DNA of 60,091 nucleotides, filler included, from Dugesia japonica (lineage: Eukaryota), in the NCBI GenBank assembly GCA_001938525.1. It is 4 parts of 4 records of this genome, joined end to end, with 100 filler letters (N's around TTAATTAATTAA, not from the genome) between each part and the next. Parts side by side here need not be neighbours in the genome. Positions count along the whole stretch, not along the records: positions 50,341 to 60,091 come from MQRL01591572.1; 3 more parts are not named here. One strand, given 5' to 3'. The number at the start of each line of letters is the position of its first letter. Position 1 is the first letter of the stretch. The notes below the pieces were generated by a model. That model did no database searches, had not been told where the DNA came from, and saw only the letters and a program-made list of their open reading frames with translations. The position numbers were made by a program, and so were the translations under genes. Shown here piece by piece: positions 51,131 to 60,091 of the stretch.

Positions 51131-52299
51131 AACTTTGTTGGAGTCGAACACCCAATTAAGACAACAATCATGACTAATGAGTAAAGGAGAAATCAAAGAA
51201 GATAAAAGTGGTGAGAAAGGAAGAAATCAGAAAAAATAGATATCCAAATAATCGTTGAACAGACGATGGGGCATAAAGTAACGAGAATAATTAAGTAAAA
51301 TCTACAATAATAATAAAAAGCGCCGCATAACATCTGAAATAGAGAAAAAAAATCCCTAGAAAATAGAGCAATAAGAATAAAAACAGAAGGAAAACCACAG
51401 AGAAAGGATCCGACTGATTAAGAAACAAAGAAGCAGCAAGTAACCACTATACCACATAATTAATTTGTATGAATAAAAACGATGAATTAAATTAATAATT
51501 ATCAGAAGAATATTAAACCAAATAAGATATCCTTGAGTTTGGAAACTACAATTAAATTGATAATTAGCCTAAAAATAAAGAACGACCAATCCAATTAATG
51601 AATAAAGAAAAAAGAAAATGAATGATTAAATATAATGAAAAGAAAAATCATTAAAATTAGATGATTTTTTATCAAAAAAATATAAATTCATGAAATAAGC
51701 GAAAGAGATAAAAGGGCGTTTCAGCATAGAAAAATGAACGAGCAACATAGTTATGATAAAAAATATGCATAGATCTTGAAAATCTTAATTAGAAAACGAA
51801 ATACTTCACCGGTAAAAATGTTATAAGGATTTTAAAAGACAGTCAATTAGATTCCATCAATTTTTGATTTCCAAAATATTATTCAAGAGAAATACGTGGT
51901 ACGATACGGCGTGATAAATTCAGTCAACAAGAGTTATTAAACCATCGTACGACGTTATTGTGCTAATAGAAAGATTGAGCGCGTATAAGAAAAGGGGTAT
52001 AAATACCGATGCAAATTTCATAAATTTTAATTTTTACACCTATTAACTTACAAGTTTTAAAACTACTAATAAAATTGACTTTTAAAAAATAATGCAAAAT
52101 ATGTTAACAGTTTCTTCTGGCTTAGAAGGTAAATAAATGAATTAATGTAAATTATATTATATTGTATAATATTATATATTATATTATATTATTATAAATT
52201 AAATTATGGATTTTTTTGCTGATTATTCTCCATGCTCCGGATTGTTAATTTCCTTGAGTGAGTAATAATATAAAGTTTTTGAAAATGTAAACAGGAAAT

Positions 52300-54395
52300 T
52301 GTTATAATAAAAAGCAGTTCACCTGGATTAAATAACGTCTTTTACGGAGACATTAAGTTTTTTGATCCCGATGGTAAAGTTTCTAATAAAATTTTCAATA
52401 TGATCTTCAAGTCGGGCCTGATCTCTATTGCTTGGCCTCAATATTATACAATTATTATTCCTAAACCTGGTAAATCTGGTAACTATCATTTAGTTTCTTC
52501 ATGGAGACCAATAGNTCTGCTCTATTGTCTTTATAAAATTTTAACTGCTGTTTAGCTAACAAACTTTAATCTTGTATTCATGAATTCAAACTCTTGAACT
52601 CATTCCAAAAGAGCTTTGGTGAGTCTGAAGGTTGCTCTGAACACAATTTTGTGTTGAAATGTCTTCCTGATGAGCGTGTTAGATGTAGTAAATACAATTT
52701 ACATATTTTATTCCTTGTTATTATTATCGAATTGTTAGATCACATGGGTGTTTCAAACCTTTCTACCGATTTAATTAAAGGTCTCTATAGTTACTATATC
52801 TGTGAATGGATTTTAAGAAAGCTCATTTCTAATAAGAAGATATTCGTCACGAATGTCCTCTATCCACGTTAAAATTTACAAAGGAATAAATCCTGTAATT
52901 ATTGAATCCTCGAAAGTTGAAAATTCTGGTATTGTTAGTTCTTGCCTACGCTGATGATCTGACTATTATTTATTCTACGAAATTTAATCTGAAATTAATG
53001 ATTAACAAAGCACTTTTCTATGCTTCTTGGTCGTCTTTGGATTTTAGACCTGACAAATGTGGGTATATAGCATGTATAATTAATGGTGTTGAAGCACAAA
53101 TATCTATTAATAATGCTACCATTCCAAAATTAACCTATTATAAAACATAGATATCTTGGAGTCGATTTTGGTCATGATCACTTCTAGTCACCTGATCAAC
53201 TCTTCATTAAATCTGTGTGTAATTTTGAAAAGATTGCAAATTCTACTCTCTTTTGATGGCAAAAGATTCATGCCTAAGCAACATTTATTAACTCAAATTT
53301 TACTTTTGCTTTCAGAAATTTCAATATTTCAATCACAAAATTTCAATCCGGCGGATATCAGAATGAATCAAATATTCTTCGATACAAAAGACTTGATCGA
53401 TTGATTCGTAAACAACTTAAGTCTATTTTATCTGTTCCTAAACCAACATATTCAAACTACATCTATGCTTATTGCAAACTTGGTGGAGTTNNNNNNNNNN
53501 NNNNNNNNNATAAATACGCAATTCAATTGATAAGTCAAGCTTTTTGAATGCTTGTCTCGTCTGACATTCCAGTCAAAGCAATTGCAATTAATGACCTGAT
53601 TTACTCAGCATATCTTCAAATGAAAATCTTTTCTGGATTCTGCTCTCTTTAGAATGCCCTCACGGGGCGCAGTCTCGATACCACTTGCTTGAACTTAAAC
53701 TGTAGGTAGTCGAAAGTTCAAAATGCCGTTTGTCCTCTTCATCAGTTCCAAATTCAGGTTCTTTTTAAATTGGACAATGACAATTTTGCACTCTAAATAA
53801 TCTATCTAGAAGATGAATGCAATATATNNNNNNNNNNNNNNNNNNNNNNNNNNNNNNNNNNNNNNNNNNNNNNNNNNNNNNNNNNNNNNNNNNNNNNNNN
53901 NNNNNNNNNNNNNNNNNNNNNNNNNNNNNNNNNNNNNNNNNNNNNNNNNNNNNNNNNNNNNNNNNNNNNNNNNNNNNNNNNNNNNNNNNNNNNNNNNNNN
54001 NNNNNNNNNNNNNNNNNNNNNNNNNNNNNNNNNNNNNNNNNNNNNNNNNNNNNNNNNNNNNNNNCTGATAATCAAGAAACCCAAGCTCATATTTTTGTTA
54101 CTGTTTACCAAACATAATTTCAGGAATTGAAGACATAATGGTATTCTCATTTTGCTAGCTTCAGTTATTTGAAAGTCCACATTTCACCAAGTAGTTGTTG
54201 ACCAAGCATATAAAATTCACTAACAACAATATACGAGTGGATTTACAGATAATAATGAAAAGGATCAAACGAATTGTGCTTCTAGATCTGAAAGTTCCAT
54301 ATGACAAAGAAGCAAATATTCAAGCTGCAAGAGACAGAAATATCCACAAATACAGTCCATTAGCTGATATAATTAGAAAAAATATGATGACTTGA
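52300..54395 (+). mobile_element. Decayed RLE-type non-LTR retrotransposon (RT plus restriction-like endonuclease)
   Basis: SSPG, IIPKPG..WRPI.L...YKI, QKSF..EGCSEH, LAYADDL, YLGV, RVDLQ...LLDLKVPYD...KY. Confidence 0.85.
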
Positions 54396-54399
54396 CAAT

Positions 54400-55250
54400 T
54401 TACCTGAATAGAGATTCTTATGTTCAAATTTGAGTTACTTTTTATTTTTTAAAACTTTAATGGTTCCTTGATAGAGACTATAGTTATCAGTGAGAGCAAC
54501 CCATAATAAGTACTTGTTTTCAATTTATTTCATCAATAATAAAGTTTGATGATTTTCATTCATATTAATAATGATATTTGAAATATTTTTATTGGATCGA
54601 TGGTCCAGTGATAATAACCTTTCTTTTACAGCTCATCAGTAATCGGTTTAAATCCAATGAATGACCATTTATTTCACACTTTGTTTAACGGACTTAACAA
54701 GTCTTCTATAAGGATTGACGATTTTAAGTGATGATATTCAGAATAAGTTTAAAATTCTTCATCTAATAAATTTTTTAATGTTCAAATTTGAGATACTTTT
54801 TATTTTTTCCAACTAATATTATTGGTCCTTGGGGACTCCTAAATTAAGTATATGTTTTTTTCAATATAACATTTTATCTATAAGGTGTGATGATTTTAGG
54901 TGATGTGTTTCTTGATCAGTGAAATATTCTCTATCGAATAGATATATCGGTGACCAATTTTGAGATACTCTTTCAATTTTTAAAAAAGATACCAAATTCG
55001 GTTGGACAGCTGGATATCTTCGTTAGGAAGCACTTTTAACGAGACAATATTTTAACTTTGTGCAGTCACTTTTCCTTCTGAGTTTATTGATACTAAATTT
55101 GAAACCATATTATGTATGTCGAGAAAATTGAGCAACAAAATTCAAAATTTGCAATTTTTCACCACAAAACACATTTATTTCTTCCCTGATAAACTCTGGC
55201 GATTTTAGGTTTATATATTTGGAATCAGTCGAAAATTTTCTATCTAACTT
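54400..55250 (+). repeat. Dispersed repeat family, third copy
   Basis: Homologous to 35150-35490 and 36220-36710. Confidence 0.8.
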
Positions 55251-55300
55251 TCGATTTTATCTTCCTCAACTCCTGAAGAAGATAAAATCGAAAATTTGGG
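55249..55300 (+). other. 16-bp inverted repeat overlapping a hammerhead-like core
   Basis: tttcgattttatcttc / gaagataaaatcgaaa; CUGAAGA-A-GAU-AAA-AUC-GAAA-AUUU. Confidence 0.35.
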
Positions 55301-56495
55301 GAAAATTAAAAAATTTTTTTTGAAAAAATTTTGTAACTTCAAAAATAAAAATTTTTAAAATAAACATTTTTTGAAACTTTTTTTTATCTAAACCTTAGTT
55401 TATTTTCGTATTTTTGAAAATATTTAATTTTTTCAAAAATAAAATGTTTTTAAATAAGTTTTATATATAAATTTATTTATATTAGTTAATTTATTGCAGG
55501 GTTACTTTAAGTAATAACAGAATAAATTGAAACTTTTCAGATTTTGTTGAGAAATAGTAAATTTTAAAAATTATCTTTTTTTAAAAATGATAATTATTTG
55601 AAAGTGTCCTCTTAAATCAGGGGTATTTTCAATCGCAGTTTATAATTATTTCAAATCTAAATCTGTGTTCGTAAATGACATTTGTTTTTATAAAAATTAG
55701 TCAGTTAAAATAAAAAATATCTAATGACTTATTGCAAGTGGTGCTAAAACTTAGCAATTTATATTATTAAAATAAACAAATTCTTTGAATTTATTCTGAA
55801 ACAGGATATTAATAGTATATCACGTAAATGGTTTCAGTTATTTATGAGGTCAAACAAAAATAATTCTGCAAAATTGAATTTATATTTATCTTCTTTTACT
55901 TTTAATAAATAATCGTGGCATTTTTAGAAAAATGATTAAATCCAATCTTAAATAAATATAAAAATACATACAAATTGAAATGTTTACAATGCACTGTTAG
56001 TAATTAGATAAAAATTAAAGAGTTTCATATTTCATNNNNNNNNNNNNNNNNNNNNNNNNNNNNNNNNNNNNNNNNNNNNNNNNNNNNNNNNNNNNNNNNN
56101 NNNNNNNNNNNNNNNNNNNTTTTATTTTTAAATTTTTTTTATAAAAATAAACATTTATTTGAAATTATTATATATTTTAACTATTCATGTCATTTTCTAT
56201 TAACATTAAGATAAAGAAATTTTAGTAGCCGTTTTCTTTATTTTATAAATTATTATTATTTATTTTATAATAATACATAATATTCATATACATAACAAAT
56301 ATTCATGTGGAGCACTAACAAATGCATCTTTATGCCCAACCACAAAGAGGAAGAGCATAATTTTTACTATAATTTGAACTTGCAATGGTAGTTGCAAGAA
56401 TCGAATTTTGCTCGGTAAAACCTTCATGTTTGAATCGGCTTTTTGTTCAATATGTAATTGATAATTATGATAAATGTATGATTTCAATCTTTCCG

Positions 56496-57460
56496 TTAAT
56501 GATATTTTCAGGTCATTCAATTGGAATTGATCCATATAAATTTCCTACATCTAATGAACCAAATTCATCATCACTCTTCCATTCATAACTTTTAATTCGT
56601 TCTATAAACTCATAACTATTCTTTAAATGCGCCGGAATGAAACTTAATAGTGTTTTTAATATATCTGCCAAAAGTACGCATAATGCAGTAGATGGAGTGT
56701 TAGTAGCGTTTACAATAGGTCTTCTTTGCATTGTTTCTTTGTGATCTTTAGGAACACAGTACATCGATAATGGAACTAGTTCATGACATTTAACTGTTGA
56801 AAACANNNNNNNNNNNNNNNNNNNNNNNNNNNNNNNNNNNNNNNNNAATTGTTTGTTGAATTTAATTTCTTCTGTAGTTGGTAGTCTTTTGTGAGCTATT
56901 GTTTCATAATTATTTAAATATTTAGAAAAGAATTCATTGTATGTTTGTTCAGAAAGAGCTACCAGTTTATTTGTTTTAACTGTTGGTGTAATGATAATTG
57001 ATTTAAAATTTTAATTTCTTTGATAATATGATTTTCATTACTCTTTCTATTGTTATTCTTGTTGTTCTTATATTTTTGTAATAGTTTAAATTGAAGGTTC
57101 TCAATGTTGTTATCAATTCCCATAATAGGAGAATTATAAGTTGGTATCATGCATCTGATTGCTTGTGTATACTTCCATTTCGATGAAGAAATTGAGGAAT
57201 CAATAAATGTTTCGTTTGCTGTATTTTCTAATCGATGTAATTGACATTTTAAGATGTAAATGGAAGCTTTAATCATTGCGGTATTTGATGAGTCAGAAAC
57301 ATTTGAATAGGCCGGAATGTAGCTTGGACCTTTGTTAAGTACATTTAATTGCTTGTCGGTGAATGAATGTTCAGTAAAATTTTTGAAAGGAAGAACAGTT
57401 GTATAAGAGCTTTGATTTAAATTTATTTTGAATTTGATTTTCATAAAGATCACCTTTATT
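56496..57460 (-). pseudogene. Penelope-like element, N-terminal/RT fragment
   Basis: VLNKGPSYIP, YCVPKDHK..RRPIVN, HLKNSYEF, SLDVGNLYGSIP. Confidence 0.85.
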
Positions 57461-58594
57461 TGGTTTTGGAAATAAAACTGTTTTGAATGGCTTCATACAA
57501 TTTGGAACCTGACCAGTTGTGATAATTTTATTGCAAAGAAGAGTCAATTATCTAGCTCATGGATCAAACAAAATAATATCCTTGAAACAAATGCCGTCTT
57601 GACTCGGTGATGTATTTTTTTAATGTACTTTTTTTAATGATGAACTTTTTTAAAATCTAACACATTCAAACACAAAGCAGTTTCACTATTAAACCATTCT
57701 TAATCTCTTCCTTATAATTATAATGCAGAATATTAAATATATTTGTCATTCGTACTAAAATAGATAAAAACCTTTAAATTCCATAATAATAATTAGGAAC
57801 GTATCGAATAAACTTTGATTATATTTTTCTCAATAATTAAATATATTTCAATTTTTTGAAATAACAGTTTATATAAATAATATTTGAAAAAAATCAATAT
57901 TCTGTTTATAAATGATAAAATTAAAATAAAAATCACTTGTAATTTATAAAATAAAAATAAATATTTACTAGTTTACATCATTTTATTCTTTTAACCTAAT
58001 CTTACCAACGCCGCAAATTTTATTGACTCAATTAAAATTAATCAACTGATCAAACATTCCAGGATGTTGAATATACAAGGATTATTAATATCATTTTTGA
58101 TTTTTTTAAATGAGTTCATAAATTATTAAATGTTATAGACTTAATTTATTTATTTATTATGGCATTATAACTAATAAAGGAAGTTTTGAATTTCTTGAAG
58201 AAAAAAATTGCTTTTAAAAAATATTTCAAAGCTATACATGAATATAAATTTCAAAATGTCGATATATGTATTTTTAATAAACTAACATGTTAGGGTTTAT
58301 TACATAGATAAATATAGAGTGGTGGAAAAGTCGTAGGGAATTTTAAAAAAAAGAAATTTTATGTTTTTAGATGGTTAATCTTTTTATCATTTTATTATTG
58401 TTATACAATGTTTAAAAAATATAATTATACTGTTGTTAAGAAAATCTTCAAATGATAATTTATTTTAAATCAGAACTATTACTTTTAAACATATTTTTAT
58501 TTCACTATCAATTCAGATGACTGATTTAAATAAATATAGGACAAATAAAAATATTTAAAATAAAAGCTACGATTAAAGTTTTTTGTTGTTATTT

Positions 58595-58667
58595 TTATTG
58601 ATATTTGATAACAAAAATCCTGACGAAGACAAGGTCGAAATATCGATTTGTTATCTAATATCAATAA
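58595..58667 (+). ncRNA. Type I minimal hammerhead ribozyme (Penelope-type)
   Basis: CUGACGA-A-GAC-AAG-GUC-GAAA-UA-UC core (58620-58644), palindromic AUAU stem III, and a ~23-bp stem I. Confidence 0.75.
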
Positions 58668-58829
58668 TTAAAACCTAAATTNNNNNNNNNNNNNNNNNNN
58701 NNNNNNNNNNNNNNNNNNNNNNNNNNNNNNNNNNNNNNNNNNNNNNNNNNNNNNNNNNNNNNNNNNNNNNNNTTTGGATAAATTTATTTTTACTAAGTTT
58801 TAATTGGTTAATTTAATTTTTTAATTATT

Positions 58830-60091
58830 ATAAATTACATTTATTTTAGGATTGTCTTCTATAATTAGTAATTCTTCATGTTTTTTTCAATGTAGTTTAG
58901 AAATGTAACCTATTCCTAGTGTTTTCCATGTAGTGTGAGTAATGTTCTGGTAAAATTTTATGCTTGTGTTGAAAGTGTTTGAAGACTTCACTTTCTTTTT
59001 GTTTCAAATGTTCCTTAATTCTAGTTCGGATGGTTCTTCATCTTTCACCTATATATGTTTCTTGACAAATTGTGAATGTTATTCTATAAGTGATATTTTT
59101 CTTATAGCATATATTTTTACCATCACAAATGCATTCGAGACCACAAAAGTCGTCTTGGTTTCTGTAATTGGATGCTCAAAGGTGCTTGCGTTTTGAAAAT
59201 AATTCTTGGATTTTGTTTGAGTTTAGCATTTTTTTTTATTATATTCTGCATGATTTGGCTACATTTCTCATTAATAAATGGTAATTTGATAACTGTGTTT
59301 GTTTTTAGTTTGATTTTATTTTGTTTTGTATTTAAAGATAAATATTTCGNNNNNNNNNNNNNNNNNNNNNNNNNNNNNNNNNNNNNNNNNNNNNNNNNNN
59401 NNNNNNNNNNNNNNNNNNNNNNNNNNNNNNNNNNNNNNNNNNNNNNNNNNNNNNNNNNNNNNNNNNNNNNNNNNNNNNNNNNNNNNNNNNNNNNNNNNNN
59501 NNNNNNNNNNNNNNNNNNNNNNNNNNNNNNNNNNNNNNNNNNNNNNNNNNNNNNNNNNNNNNNNNNNNNNNNNNNNNNNNNNNNNNNNNNNNNNNNNNNN
59601 NNNNNNNNNNNNNNNNNNNNNNNNNNNNNNNNNNNNNCTATCATTTATACTGTTGGCTAATTCTAAAATGTTCTGTAAAGGAGAATTAGTTACAAAGAAA
59701 ATATCATCTATCTATCTAAACCATAGATGCATTTTCTTGTTTGATTTAAGAATAATTTGATTTTAATGAAGTTTATTAAAATTATTGCTAGAATAGAAGA
59801 TAAATTATTACCCATAGTAAGACCACCTTTTTGTTTAAAAAGTTGTTTACCAATGAAAAATGCTATCAGAGAAAAGACACAAATTGATAAGACATTTGAA
59901 ATCATTTTTGGTGATCTCTAGAATATCTGTATGTTCCTGATATCTTTCAAAGAAGTCACTTACAATATCAATGATATTTTCAGGTCCTTCAATTGGAATT
60001 GATCCATATAAATTTCCTACATCTAATGAACCAAATTCATCATCACTCTTCCATTCATAATTTTTAATTCGTTCTATAAACTCATAACTAT
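58830..60091 (-). mobile_element. Penelope-like element, RT plus GIY-YIG endonuclease (runs off the window)
   Basis: SLDVGNLYGSIP, GLTMGNNLSSILA, WFR*IDDI, KLPFI, ITYRIT...TYIGE..RTIRTRIKEH; 59968-60091 is nearly identical to 56496-56619. Confidence 0.88.

Overview
Very AT-rich eukaryotic DNA with many N gaps. It is almost entirely decayed mobile elements, and no host gene is recognisable. Three 100-bp N44-TTAATTAATTAA-N44 linkers (14174-14273, 41048-41147, 50241-50340) show that the window is four concatenated contigs. The main content is a compact Polinton/adintovirus-like family present as three large partial copies: A 15357-22608 with both TIRs, B about 37150-39822, and C 41148-47817. Overlaying them gives TIR-ORF1-HTH protein-pPolB >< 2TM protein-fibre-like protein-adenain protease-penton-conserved Polinton ORF-protein X-A32 ATPase-ORF143-TIR. 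No major capsid protein or integrase is visible in this reconstruction. Each terminus is a fixed-geometry hairpin (24-28 bp stem, 82-83 nt loop), and the family carries GC-rich palindromes that co-vary between copies. Also present: remnants of a second, conventional Polinton (penton, MCP C-terminus, integrase, protein X), other pPolB fragments, Gypsy, mariner, Tc3-like, piggyBac, Helitron-like, RLE non-LTR and Penelope fragments, and at least one good Penelope-type minimal hammerhead ribozyme. All family calls come from motif recognition by eye; no database search was run.
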